Numbered from the whole stretch's first letter, positions 1 through 10,705 are shown. The stretch: DNA of 26,242 bases, filler included, from an uncultured virus (IMG/VR IMGVR_UViG_2061766007_000711) (2 parts of one record of this genome joined end to end with filler, not necessarily neighbours in it), one strand, 5' to 3'. Numbers and translations: made by a program. Notes: a model not told the origin generated them from the sequence alone.

Positions 1-171
1 GCCGGGAGCGCCAAGAAGGTCGAAAACAAGGAAAAATCCGAGGAAAAGCCGGTAGAAACCCCGGTAGAGCCTCAGGATGACTCCTCGCTCGACGGAATTG
101 GCGAGTCCATGCTAGACGAAATCAACCTGGATGCCGTAGTGGACAACATGCAGTCGGCACCTCAGGAATAA
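1..171 (+). CDS. 3' end of an acidic/low-complexity hypothetical protein (partial, ...KKVENKEKSEEKPVETPVEPQDDSSLDGIGESMLDEINLDAVVDNMQSAPQE*)
   Basis: Frame 1 is open from base 1 to TAA at 169-171 with the same GC3-rich codon style as the other genes, and a terminator hairpin follows. Confidence 0.7.
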   Translation, partial: AGSAKKVENKEKSEEKPVETPVEPQDDSSLDGIGESMLDEINLDAVVDNMQSAPQE

Positions 172-193
172 CGTTCCCAAATAACCACGAATC

Positions 194-227
194 GGCGCAC
201 TCCCAATCCCGGGGGTGCGTCTTTTTT
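194..227 (+). terminator. Rho-independent terminator
   Basis: Stem GGCGCACTCCC (194-204) pairs with GGGGGTGCGTC (211-221) with two G-U pairs, around a 6-nt loop, followed by TTTTTT (222-227). It lies just after a stop codon. Confidence 0.8.
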
Positions 228-229
228 GC

Positions 230-237
230 TATATTTG
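230..237 (+). promoter_or_regulatory. Putative host-type promoter element TATATTTG (matches the Bacteroidota -7 consensus TAnnTTTG) just upstream of the ATPase start
   Basis: TATATTTG at 230-237, ATG at 243, no Shine-Dalgarno in between, and it lies directly after a terminator, so a new promoter is expected here. Confidence 0.4.
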
Positions 238-242
238 GGGTC

Positions 243-1612
243 ATGAACAGTATTACTCTGAAAAGTTGCGTCTTTAACAACTTCATGTCCTATGGAAATA
301 CGGCAAACGAGTTCACCTTCCCCAACGGCATGGTCTGGATGTGCGCCGACAACGGCTCCGGAAAGTCCACCCTGGTCGAGGCAATCAACTTCGCCCTGTT
401 CGGTACGTCCTACCGAGGCGGAAACAAGTCTGAACTGCGCAATACTCGCAACGTGAAAGGCACTCTCCGCGTCATGCTCGAGTTCGACTGCGAGAAGGGG
501 CCGGAAGATGTCTCAACGTACCGCATAACCAGGTCGATTTCCCCCAAGGGAACCTCAAAGTTCGAGGTCGAGAAGATGGAAGGGGGCAAGTGGGTCGCCC
601 AGAGCAAGCGTGCTGGCTACTCACAGAAGGATTTCGAGGAGTCAGTTCTCGGATTCAACGAGGTCCTCTTCAAGAACGACATCGCATTGAACACCCAGGA
701 GTCAATTTCCTTCATCGACATGCCTGCCAAGCAGCGCCGGGAGCTCATCGAGTCCATCCTCATGGTCCTCCAGGAGCCCTGGAAGAAGGAGACCGCCCGC
801 AGGATGTCCGCCGCGACAAGCGCCTTCGACCTTGCGGACAGCGATATGCGCCGTATAGACGGTGAAATCACCAATCTTACCCGTATCTGCGAGACCCTCA
901 GGCAGGAAAAGCAGGACAATATCGAGCAGCTCGAGGCCGAACTTGCCGCGAAGCAGGCGAAACTGGCAGAGGATACCTCCGAATACAACCGTCTTTATGC
1001 CGAATGCGCCACAAAGAAGTCCGAAATCGACAACCTGGCCGCCGAGGCTAACAGGGAGACCGAGGTAGACAGGGAGATTTCCGCAATCCAGGCCGCCGGT
1101 ACCGAGGTAAACATGCTCGTCAGGTACCGGGATGAACTTAACACTGCCAATACTACCCTGAAACTGGTCACCGACGAATATAACGGGATGGACCTGGCGG
1201 GTGCGCAGAAGGCATTGTCCGACCTGGATACCGAGATTTTCAACGCGACGAACGGTAAGAATGCCGCTGACCGTGAAATTGTCAAGATTTCCACTACCAT
1301 TTCCAACTGGGAAAGCCGTCAGGAGGAAATCGCCACACAGGGAAAGAACCTGAAGCCGGGCGTTCCCTGTCCGATGTGTGGAAAGCCGTCTNNNNNNNNN
1401 NNNNNNNNNNNNNNNNNNCAAGCAGGAACTCCGTAAGCAGTGGCTGGGACTGAAGAAGAATATCGACGAGGACAAGGAGAGACTTGCCGGGGAACAGGCG
1501 AAATCCACCGGGTTCTCCGCGGAGATTGACCGTCTGAACGCCGTGCGTCCCACCGTTGCCGGCAAGGTGGACGAGATTAAGGACTTCTACAATACCAAGG
1601 TGGCACCGGCTG
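243..1612 (+). CDS. Rad50/SbcC-family ATPase (T4 gp46-like), N-terminal half, haplotype A; interrupted by N-gap 1392-1418 and truncated at the linker
   Basis: N-terminal FNNFMSYGN, Walker A ADNGSGKST followed by AINFALFG, a long heptad coiled coil, and zinc hook CPMCGK. Confidence 0.9.
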
Positions 1613-1712
1613 NNNNNNNNNNNNNNNNNNNNNNNNNNNNNNNNNNNNNNNNNNNNTTAATTAATTAANNNNNNNNNNNNNNNNNNNNNNNNNNNNNNNN
1701 NNNNNNNNNNNN
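1613..1712. other. Synthetic contig linker: 44 N + TTAATTAATTAA + 44 N (100 nt)
   Basis: A palindromic 12-mer with stops in all six frames (1657-1668), centred exactly in a 100-nt spacer. Confidence 0.9.
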
Positions 1713-2395
1713 GACCGTCTTGCAGGAGTACGGACTGTCGTTTACCGACCCGATGGATGGACCGGTAAGCAACGCGCTGCGCAAGTGGTTCGGGTATGTC
1801 AGCCCGATTGGCCTCAGTGGGGATGTTGAACGCTTCTCCTACAGCGATTTCCGTGATGTCTATTATAGCATCTTTACCAAGCCTTCGATGGTACTCTATG
1901 TCGGGCCTGATGACGTCAAGCTCCCTAGCATAGAGTGCGCTCCGCATAACTCATTCAAGCAGTTCCCCGGCTATAAGAAGCGCTGGGATGTCGAGCTGGA
2001 ACCCCTCCCTGCTACTGGGAGGTCCCCAATCGTGGTGTCCAGCAAGCGCCTATGTACTATGGAGGATGCAACCGCACTGCANNNNNNNNNNGCCTATATT
2101 CACTGCGGATACCGACAGGAAGAACATTGGCAAGCTGAAGAAGGTCTACAACATGGTATTCTCCGACCTGGAGAACTACGTTACCGAGGAAAGGTTCAGG
2201 ACATGCGTCAGTCTATCCAAGGCGAAGGAGGAGACCCGCAAGGTTCTCCGGTACAAGACTTGTGAGGATATCCTTCGCAAGCACCTCGACCTAATCCGTG
2301 CCGACGTGAATGTAAGTTCAATTACGTTCGGCCGGGTTCTCGAGGTAGCAAAGAAGTACCTCTCCCCCGAAAATATCCTGATGTACACGCCGTAG
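1713..2395 (+). CDS. M16 (insulinase-family) zinc peptidase, middle and C-terminal fragments (gap 2082-2091)
   Basis: TVLQEY (distal zinc-ligand Glu region), SPIGLSGDVERFSYSDFRDVYYSIFTKPSMVLYVG, and the C-terminal SITFGRVLEVAKKYLSPENI* are typical M16B segments. They overlap duplicates adjacent to the HLMEH-containing N-terminus at 8166. Confidence 0.8.
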
Positions 2396-2408
2396 TCTCC
2401 AGAAAACA

Positions 2409-2416
2409 TATAAACT
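2409..2416 (+). promoter_or_regulatory. Putative phage late promoter TATAAACT
   Basis: Recurs upstream of six structural-gene starts; resembles the T4 late promoter TATAAATA. Confidence 0.65.
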
Positions 2417-2438
2417 GCGGATATTGCAAGGAGAACCC

Positions 2439-5429
2439 ATGGCTGCCGCGTTCGATTTCGAGAAGTACTATACCATCGAGAAGGTCCGTACGGAGACCAC
2501 AATCGACCGCAGCGGCGTGGATTTGCAAAATCCCACCGAAAATACCGAGATTGTAACCGACAACGTAGTCTACTACTTTGCCGAGGTTACCTATATCTAC
2601 CCGAACGGGGTTGCCGGACTGATAGACGGTACGGATACCGGAAAGCGCATTCTTGTTTTGCGTAATGGCATAACCAGTGCCGAGGCATACTACGTGCGTC
2701 CCTGGCACAGGGCAGATGACCTTCTTAATACAGGAATCGACGTAACGTGGGACAAGCGGGATGGCACCCGCATAGGTACATTTACCGCTTCGCCTAACTC
2801 TGAATTCAGTTACTACATCATAGACGATGCCGAGGATACCGGACGTGTCCAGATAGAGTCCTTTGCCGCATACGTGTTCCCGAGGCATGAGGCCGAATCC
2901 GGTGAACTAGTTGCCGTGTCCGACCAGATAAAGCTGGGCGTACCTGTAGAGGAAATCGACCAGTCGGTGATTACCGACCCGACCCTGATGAAACTGCTCT
3001 ATGGAGCGCTGGGATTCTATGGTGGCCGATGGAAGGGAAACAAGTGGCTCAATAAGTGGCTGAAGAAGTCGCCTTCCAAACTTGGCAGAGCGGTAATAGC
3101 ATACGATACCTTCCGGAAGCGAATCGGCGAACTCGCCGAGATATGCGCCGAGTCAGATATCGGTGTCAATGTTACCTACTATGACAAGTCATTTGCCGAG
3201 GAGGTTCCCGAGGATGCCACCGATGACGAAATAGAAAGGGCAGACATAACCAAGACCGATATGACCAGGAAGACTACCTTCCAGGAGGCATACGGGAAGC
3301 ACCTTTCCGATTTTCTAGATAACCATGCCGACCTAATCTCCGAGGTGCGGGGCACGACATCGACTGCGCTCATTCCTCCGGTGAAGGAGGCGGTCAGGGC
3401 CTACTTCTACCCAATAGACGAGATAGAGTCCGAGTTCGAGGACCTCTTCGTGGACACGATGAAGAGCCTGCAGAGCGTCCCCGTGCTGTGGAAGTTCGTC
3501 AGCGAGAGTAAAAAGAGTAGGCTCAAGGAAGTGGCCGGGAGATACCAGACAGGAGAGTATGACCCGACGGTANNNNNNNNNNNNNNNNNNNNNNNNNNNN
3601 TTTGAATAAGTATGATAAGTTAACTCCGCCTGACGAAATTTTGATTCCTGGAAAATTATATCCCATGTCATATGACTATAATGGATATCCGCGTCTAGTA
3701 CAGATAGGGAATTCCGGGGATAATATGATATCGCATATGGTGGGACAGCCGTATGATGACCCGACGAAGGTTCTCCGCATGTGGACGAATACATATGATG
3801 CCTATGTGGGCGATAGCGTATTCAGGGGTTACGATGATGATGGCAACAACCATCGGACAAAGAAGTGCAATCGCCTGAGCGCGGACGAGATAGACAGTAT
3901 ACTCCTGGCCTATTTCAACAATGCATATGCAAAGCGGGTTCTCGGTTTCGAACTTTCTTACGAATCTACCATCAAGCCAATCAAGGACGGCCTGCTTGTT
4001 GACTATGATAAGTCAATATATGGTGATATAAAGATTAACGGAGCCTTCTACCAGTACTATACTGAAGTATCCGCCTATATGAACATGATGCGGGCATGGG
4101 GTAACGATTCTGGTAATGAAGAGGACGCTAACGGGATAAATGCCGGTGCGATTCTGGGTAACCTGTTTGTTGAGGGAAAGCCATTCTATGAGGGTGCGAA
4201 GCGGTTTGTTGGTGGCGAATATTATGCTACGGTGACCAAGCCATATCTATTTGGGTACTATGACATACTGTCGTGGAGCGATAGTTCGATACCCGATGAC
4301 ATTACCGATGACGACGAGATGTTCACCGCGGAGTACACTACCGACTGGAAGGACCTTTCTAGTAGTCCTGATGTCAGCATAGGATATGCCGTGGAGACGG
4401 TCGGCGTGATGAAGGACATCTACAAGGAGATGCGCACTGCGCTTACCGTATCCAGCCTTATACTCGGTCCGGTAATTGGTGCATTGGCCAGTACACTGCT
4501 TAACGATGTGGAGGATGATGTTGACCGTCTTGACGAACTGGCCAACCAGTTGCTCTGGTACCAGAGGTACGTCAAGGAGGCTCCTTTCAGCAACATGTCC
4601 ATGATTCCGGACGACAACGAGAATGTCGACACGAAACTCACTACGTGGACGATGCCTGCCCGAATGATGTTCCCGGTATCCATGTATCAGAAGGTGCGTG
4701 TCAAGTACAAGAACTTCTTCGGCCGTACACGCCACAAGACAGTCAAGCGTTCTATTGGTGTACGTTGGGCCGAGGTGACTTTCTACGATACTGCTGTATA
4801 TGCGGAGTACCCGCAGGTTACCGCCGAACCGGGAGAGGATATCGCTCTTGCAGGCATTATCACCATAGAGAATGGTACCGTAACCCTTCCGAACCCGCTC
4901 CCGGAATCGGCACTTGGCCGAGGGGATGCCGCCCTTGTACTTACTGACGGATATGGCGCGGAGTACATATTCAATGTTACGATTACCAGCGATGTTCTGC
5001 TTACGGTTAACGACGAGGTCGCCCTGCCGGGACCGTACAACCTCATAAAGCTCAGGCTTCCGCTTGCCCCCGCCCAGCCCGAAATAGGGAAGGAACCGGT
5101 GGAGGTCCTGTACGAGATGCCATCCCTCCCGTACGATTCGGAGTTGCGTAAGAAGGCGTTCCAGGACTATGGCCCGTTCAGCCATGCGGTGTACTTTGCC
5201 GAGAACCGGTACTCTACCGAACCGGAACCGGATGACGTACAGGCGGCNNNNNNNNNNNNNNNNNNNNNNNNNNNNNNCAAGGACGGATGGGTTGTATTCC
5301 ACAATACCTCGGAAGACATCAAGGACCTCCGGGAGGGACTCGGCATCCATGACAAGGTGGCCATGCTTATCAGTATCCTGTCAAGGGAGTTCGGTTCCAA
5401 TAGGGTCAAGCTGGTCGAGACCTACAGGT
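2439..5429 (+). CDS. Giant probable virion protein, haplotype A, N-terminal ~two thirds (gaps 3573-3600 and 5248-5277)
   Basis: Colinear with the intact 10728-15128 protein (e.g. LMKLLYGALGFYGGRWKGNKWLNKW, TWTMPAR). SD AAGGAG at 2428-2433 favours the ATG at 2439 over the TTG at 2424. Confidence 0.85.
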
Positions 5430-5439
5430 NNNNNNNNNN

Positions 5440-6325
5440 GGCCAAGCAGCGCCGGGAGCTTATCGAGTCCATCCTCATGGTGCTCCAGGAGCCCTGGAAG
5501 AAGGAGACCGCCCGAAGGATGTCCGCTGCGACCAGTGCGTTCGACCTTGCGGACAGCGACATGCGTCGCATAGACGGTGAAATCGCAAACCTGACCCGCA
5601 TATGCGATACCCTCAGGCAGGAAAAGCAGGACAATATCGAACAGCTCGAGTCCGAACTGGCTGCAAAGCAGGCAAAACTGTCCGAAGATACAGCCGAGTA
5701 CAACCGTCTTTATTCCGAATGCGCCACCAAGAAGACCGAAATCGACACCCTGGCCGCCGAGGCGAACAGGGAAACCGAGGTAGACAGGGAGATTGCGGCC
5801 ATCCAGGCCGCCGGTACCGAGGTAAACATGCTTGTCAGGTACCGGGATGAACTTAACAGTGCCAATACTACCCTGAAACTGGTCACCGACGAATATAACG
5901 AAATGGACCTGGCGGGTGCGCAGATTGCACTATCCGACCTTGATACCGAGATTTTCAATGCAACGAACGGCAAGAATGCCGCTGACCGAGAAATTGTCAA
6001 GATTTCCACTACGATTTCCAACTGGGAAAGCCGTCAGGAGGAAATTGCCACACAGGGAAAGAACCTGAAGCCGGGCGTCCCCTGCCCGATGTGCGGAAAG
6101 CCGTCCACCGAGGCGGACATCGAACCCCACAAGCAGGAACTCAGGAAGCAGTGGCTGGGCTTGAAGAAGAATATCGACGAGGACAAGGAGAGACTTGCGG
6201 GGGAACAGACGAAATCCGCCGGGTTCTCCGCGGAAATTGACCGTCTGAACGCCGAGCGTCCCGCAGTTGCCGGCAAGCTGGACGAGATTAAGGACTTCTA
6301 CAATACCAAGGTCGCACCGGCGGCT
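5440..6325 (+). CDS. Displaced fragment of the Rad50/gp46-like ATPase (coiled coil and zinc hook), second haplotype
   Basis: Near-identical to ~726-1612, with CPMCGKPST; bounded by 10-N gaps. Confidence 0.9.
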
Positions 6326-6335
6326 NNNNNNNNNN

Positions 6336-6935
6336 CCGGTGGCCCGGAAAGCTACTTCCTTTCTTGGCACAACTATGGCCTTGCCGCACGTATACTCATT
6401 CTTCAGGCGGACGGAAAGACTCCTATAACGAAGGACGGGCCGGAGGCGAAGCGGATGATTCCTATCGCCAAGGCATTCACCGAGTGCTGCGCGAACGGTG
6501 GCATCGGAACTCCATGCAATGTCGTTTGGTGTGCCCGTCTCGCCGTTGGCCCCAGCGTGTTCGACTGGGAGTTCCTTCCTATCGGTGTCGGCCACAAGGA
6601 CGCGCCGAAGTTCCGGGAGGCTACCATATCGCAGATGGACCCGGTAGTGGAACTCGGATATGTCGATGTCGACCGTGCCAGGATGGTCTATCAGGNNNNN
6701 NNNNNNNNNNNNNNNNNNNNNNNNNNCGTACGTGCTTGCCGACTCGCCGAGATACAAGAATGCCATCGTAATAAACGGGGACCACTACATGTCCCCGGAT
6801 TCCATCAGGAACTACAACCACATAGACGACATTGTCCTCTATGACGTCAAGGAGTACATCAACCTGATTGGCCTCAAGATGAACGCTCATGGGACGGCCA
6901 AGCCGGTTTCCGGTAGCCTCTACGACTGGAAGGCG
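6336..6935 (+). CDS. Giant virion protein haplotype A, fragment with the M15-like domain (gap 6696-6726)
   Basis: GGPESYFLSWHNYGLAARI...HKDAPKF matches the intact copy from ~13675 onward. Confidence 0.85.
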
Positions 6936-6945
6936 NNNNNNNNNN

Positions 6946-7338
6946 CGCATACAACGAGTATAATGCCCTGTGTACGAAGGCAACCGAGGCAAGCGGTCTG
7001 GTGACTACCGGTACCAGCGAGGTCAACCGACTGGTGGAAGCAATCGAGAAGGCGAAGGAGAAGGCCGAGAACGACTCCCTCGCAATTACCGAGCAGCAAC
7101 TGGAGTCTGCCAAGTCTGACTATGCCGATGCGGAGGCCCGCCTGCATAAGTCAAGCGATGACCGTCTTGCCTACGAGTACATTGGCAAGAATATGCTTGC
7201 TGACGATGGCCTGAAGAAGATGATTCTTGGTCAGTTCGTCCCGGCGTTCAACGAGAGCGTTGAGCGGAACATCCGCAGGCTGAACCTTCCGTTCAGTGTG
7301 GAGTTCGACGACAGCATGTCGTTCTCCTTCCGGAGCGA
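6946..7338 (+). CDS. Duplicate fragment of the ATPase C-terminal coiled coil (alternative haplotype)
   Basis: Nearly identical to 7349-7741, with mostly synonymous changes. Confidence 0.85.
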
Positions 7339-7348
7339 NNNNNNNNNN

Positions 7349-8169
7349 TGCCTACAACGAGTATAATGCCCTGTGCACGAAGGCTACCGAGGCCAGTGGA
7401 CTGGTGACTACCGGTACCAGCGAGGTCAACCGCCTGGTTGAAGCAATCGAGAAGGCGAAGGAGAAGGCCGAGAACGACTCCCTCGCAATTACCGAGCAGC
7501 AACTGGAGTCTGCCAAGTCTGACTATGCCGATGCGGAGACCCGCCTGCATAAGTCAAGCGATGACCGTCTTGCCTACGAGTACATTGGTAAGAATATGCT
7601 TGCTGACGATGGCCTGAAGAAGATGATTCTCGGCCAGTTCGTTCCGGCGTTCAACGAGAGCGTTGAGAGGAACATCCGTAGGCTGAACCTCCCGTTCAGT
7701 GTGGAGTTCGACGACAGCATGTCGTTCTCCTTCCGGAGCGAACCCGGTCTCGCCCCCTCCTATGCCATGCTTTCGCAGGGTCAGCGCAGGAAGCTCGGCT
7801 TCGCAATCTCGATGGCCTTCCGTGACTTCGTGTCCATGGTGGGCAACTTCAAGATTAACTTCCTGTCGATGGACGAGGTGCTCGACATTTCCACTGACGA
7901 TACCGCCATGCGGGAGATGCTCGACATCGTGCGCGACATGGCTGACGAGATTGGTTGCGCCCTCATCATCACCCACCGCGGAACTACCGTGGCAGACAAG
8001 TTCGACTACAGGATTACCGTCGAGAATGACGGAATCTACTCAACNNNNNNNNNNCTGTGCCCTCATCATCACTCACCGCGGAACTACCGTGGCGGACAAG
8101 TTCGACTACAGGATTACCGTCGAGAATGACGGAATCTACTCAACCCTCGGAGGATTGGAGAAGCTATGA
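7349..8169 (+). CDS. Rad50/gp46-like ATPase C-terminal ABC half (gap 8045-8054 with a short duplicated stretch)
   Basis: Signature LSQGQ, Walker B/D-loop FLSMDEVLDISTD, H-loop IITHR; stop TGA at 8167-8169. Confidence 0.9.
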
Positions 8170-8506
8170 TTAAGACGATAAAGAACCCGCTGAAGATGTC
8201 CGGCCTGTTCGTGTGCTACGGCAACGCCGGCGCGGTAATGGAGAGCAAGGGGATGTACGGTACGTCCCACCTGATGGAGCACATGGTCTGCAAGACGACC
8301 GACCACATGCGCAGCAGGTTCCTGGAGAACTGCATATGCGACAATGCCTTTACCGGCGACGAGTACGTTGTGTTCTTCATGACCGGCTTGACCTCCAGGT
8401 TGAAACCGTTGGTCAAGGAATACCTGCGCAGTATCACCGGTCCTGTAAAAGGGCTTAACCCGGCAATCGAGAAGATAACCCGGGAACAGTTCGAGAACGA
8501 GAAGAG
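8166..8506 (+). CDS. M16 zinc peptidase, N-terminal catalytic part
   Basis: Inverted zincin motif GTSHLMEHM (HxxEH at 8268-8282), DNAFTG motif, and FENEK before the gap. The start overlaps the ATPase stop (ATGA). Confidence 0.88.
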
Positions 8507-8516
8507 NNNNNNNNNN

Positions 8517-8799
8517 ATTGACCTCCAGGATGAAACCGTTGGTCAAGGAATACCTGCGCAGCATTACCGGTCCTGCAACCGGGCTCAACCCGGCAATCGA
8601 GAAGATAACCCGGGAACAGTTCGAGAACGAGAAGAGNNNNNNNNNNAAAGTGGTTCGGGTATGTCAGTCCGATTGGCCTCAGTGGGGATGTCGAACGCTT
8701 CTCCTACAGCGATTTCCGTGATGCCTACTATAGCATCTTTACCAAGCCGTCGATGGTACTCTATGTCGGGCCTGATGACGTCAAGCTCCCTAGCATAGA
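8517..8799 (+). CDS. Duplicate M16 peptidase fragments (alternative haplotype pieces)
   Basis: 8517-8636 repeats ~8387-8506 and 8647-8799 repeats ~1782-1934, both with SNPs. Confidence 0.8.
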
Positions 8800-8911
8800 N
8801 NNNNNNNNNNNNNNNNNNNNNNNNNNNNNNNNNNNNNNNNNNNNNNNNNNNNNNNNNNNNNNNNNNNNNNNNNNNNNNNNNNNNNNNNNNNNNNNNNNNN
8901 NNNNNNNNNNN

Positions 8912-9031
8912 GCTGGTGCTCAACATCCTGTCGGCCGACCTGGAATCTCCTCTGTACCAGGAAATCCGCGAAAAGCGAGGTCTCTCATACTACTGCCATG
9001 CGTTCCTCAATAACATGGGAGACTCGGCGGC
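8912..9031 (+). CDS. M16 peptidase fragment with the R/Y substrate-binding pair (frame starting at 8913; not in the ORF track)
   Basis: Translates as LVLNILSADLESPLYQEIREKRGLSYYCHAF, matching the M16B S-x-L-x-x-x-I-R-E-x-x-G-L-x-Y motif. Confidence 0.85.
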
Positions 9032-9041
9032 NNNNNNNNNN

Positions 9042-9867
9042 AAAGGCGATTCTCGCAGGTGACTACGTGGAGAAGTATGGTCCAATCGATGACCAGTTCT
9101 ATAGCAAGGACCCGGTGGAATACCTGCGTGGAATGCTAGGTAGCCACTACTACGAGGCTAGGATTGTCGTTCCGAGGGACGGCGAGTCCGCCTACATAAC
9201 CCTGCACGACGGCATATACCATGTCAAGTCGATGGAGCCCTACCCGGACAACCCGCCAACCCGGCTGGACACCCACAAGCAGCAGCAGGTCGACTCGGCG
9301 CACATGAAGTGGGGCTCGTGGCACGAGGGTGCGTTCTATACCGAGGACGAGATGGATATACCGGTTATAGACTCGGAGCGCCCGGTAATTCCGGGGTACG
9401 TATCCACGGTAGATAGCGAGGGTAATTCCGGGTGGACCCCGAGCAGCGATGAGGCCATCTTCATCCACCAGATTGTTGCCGACCACGTACACCGCAAGTT
9501 CGATGAAATCCGGAAGAGTTTCGAGAACTTCGGTGGCGCACTCATGTACGACCGCATAGAGGATTCCCCGAATTCCGGCATGTTGGACATGCTAGAGAAC
9601 GAGTTCGGCCTCATCGGCGCACAGGACCTTATCGACTTCGACGACCTGGAGCGAATAATCGGTACCCCGGAGATTCTCGAGGAGAAGGTCGACGGCAGCA
9701 TCTACGAGAAGGTCGTCAACAACGCCCAGCTTTCCGGCATCCGAAAGGCCAGCCTTACCAAGGAACACATACATATAAAGGACACCCCGTCCAAGAGCGA
9801 TGCCAAGACCCTGTACGACCTTATCCAGAAGGGCAAGGGATACATGGCCAACGACCTCCTGAAGTAA
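9042..9867 (+). CDS. Giant virion protein haplotype A, C-terminal fragment
   Basis: Ends in GKGYMANDLLK*, as does the intact copy. Confidence 0.88.
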
Positions 9868-9870
9868 CCG

Positions 9871-9878
9871 TATAAACT
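9871..9878 (+). promoter_or_regulatory. Putative late promoter TATAAACT
   Basis: Intergenic recurring motif, 28 nt before ATG 9907. Confidence 0.65.
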
Positions 9879-9906
9879 ACGGAAAACGAACCATGGAGGG
9901 GCGCGG

Positions 9907-10538
9907 ATGCCCGCTCAGGTAATCATCAAGAAGTATACCGGACGCGATTCCGACTTCGGTACCGTGGTGAGGAGCCTCGGCATCAAGCGCGTCGATACCG
10001 CGGTCCCGTCCGTCTACAGTTCCAAGAACCTCGGCGGAAAGGTAATCCCCGCAGACGACGCTAGCGAGGCCAAGTTCTACTCGGTCTACCGTCCGGACCA
10101 GCCCGACTGCTGGAACTACTCCATGGAGTGCGTATTCAAGGTGCACCTGATAAAGCCGCCCGACGTGCAGCTCAGCAACCTCTGTATCTACCCCGTGGGC
10201 GAGAGGCCGACAAGCCCCAATGCCCCGAAACTGATGATTGGCAACTCGATTACCTACTCCAAGCCAACCAACGCAAAGAGCGTAAAGGCCGTCCACGACA
10301 TCTGGGACTACTCCCGGGAACACCCGTTCTACCTCACGGTGTCCGGCCTGTACGGACAGGTCGTGGACCCCGCATTCACCAAGTATGAATATTCAGTAGA
10401 GTACCGTGACTGCGGCTACGGCAACGTCGTCTACCTCGATGGCGAGCGCCAACCGGCTGTCCCGGTCGCCGTCCGTACGGACGCCGGGGACATCACCCTG
10501 CGCTTCAAGGACCGTACCTTCATGGCCTCCACGGAGGA
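9907..10538 (+). CDS. Beta-rich structural protein, haplotype A, N-terminal part
   Basis: Protein almost identical to 15178-15729; SD GGAGG upstream. Confidence 0.85.
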
Positions 10539-10548
10539 NNNNNNNNNN

Positions 10549-10684
10549 CTGCGAGGATATACTCCGCAAGCACCTCGGACTAATCCGTGCCGACGTGAAT
10601 GTCAAAACCCTTACGTTCGGCCGGGTGCTCGAGGTCGCCAAGAAGTACCTTTCCCCGGAAAATATACTGATGTACACCCCGTAG
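10549..10684 (+). CDS. M16 peptidase C-terminal end, haplotype B
   Basis: CEDILRKHLGLIRADVNVKTLTFGRVLEVAKKYLSPENILMYTP* duplicates 2260-2395 and again directly precedes the giant gene. Confidence 0.85.
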
Positions 10685-10697
10685 TGCCCGGAAAATA

Positions 10698-10705
10698 TAT
10701 AAACT
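10698..10705 (+). promoter_or_regulatory. Putative late promoter TATAAACT
   Basis: Same position relative to the giant gene as 2409-2416. Confidence 0.65.

Noticed and set aside
1657..1668. Perfect palindrome TTAATTAATTAA
   Set aside because: It is centred in exactly 44+44 Ns and has stops in all frames, so it is an artificial linker. Adjacency across it is not evidence.
1378..2265. Apparent frameshifts or pseudogenes at N-gaps (also at 15730-15783, 17597-17606 and the portal pieces)
   Set aside because: Frame changes coincide with gaps of estimated length, so they do not indicate real disruption or programmed frameshifting.
2424..2441. TTG starts at 2424 and 10713 given in the ORF track
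   Set aside because: The AAGGAG SD lies downstream of these TTGs and is correctly spaced to the ATGs at 2439 and 10728.
3602..6844. 1080-aa ORF that appears to fuse a virion protein with a Rad50 coiled coil/zinc hook
   Set aside because: The insert (5440-6325) is bounded by 10-N gaps, duplicates ~726-1612, and is absent from the gap-free copy at 10728-15128; it is a scaffolding chimera.
6946..8799. Tandem near-identical repeats suggesting DGR template/variable regions, a shufflon or gene amplification
   Set aside because: Each copy is N-bounded, differences are mostly synonymous and not adenine-specific, and no reverse transcriptase or recombinase is visible; these are strain bubbles.
9877..10323. 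Minus-strand 148-aa ORF conserved in both haplotypes (also 15148-15594) and other long antisense ORFs such as 4247-5350, 14070-15035 and 18455-19603
   Set aside because: These are shadow ORFs from GC3-biased codons on the + strand; substitutions are synonymous in the + frame and there are no recognisable motifs.
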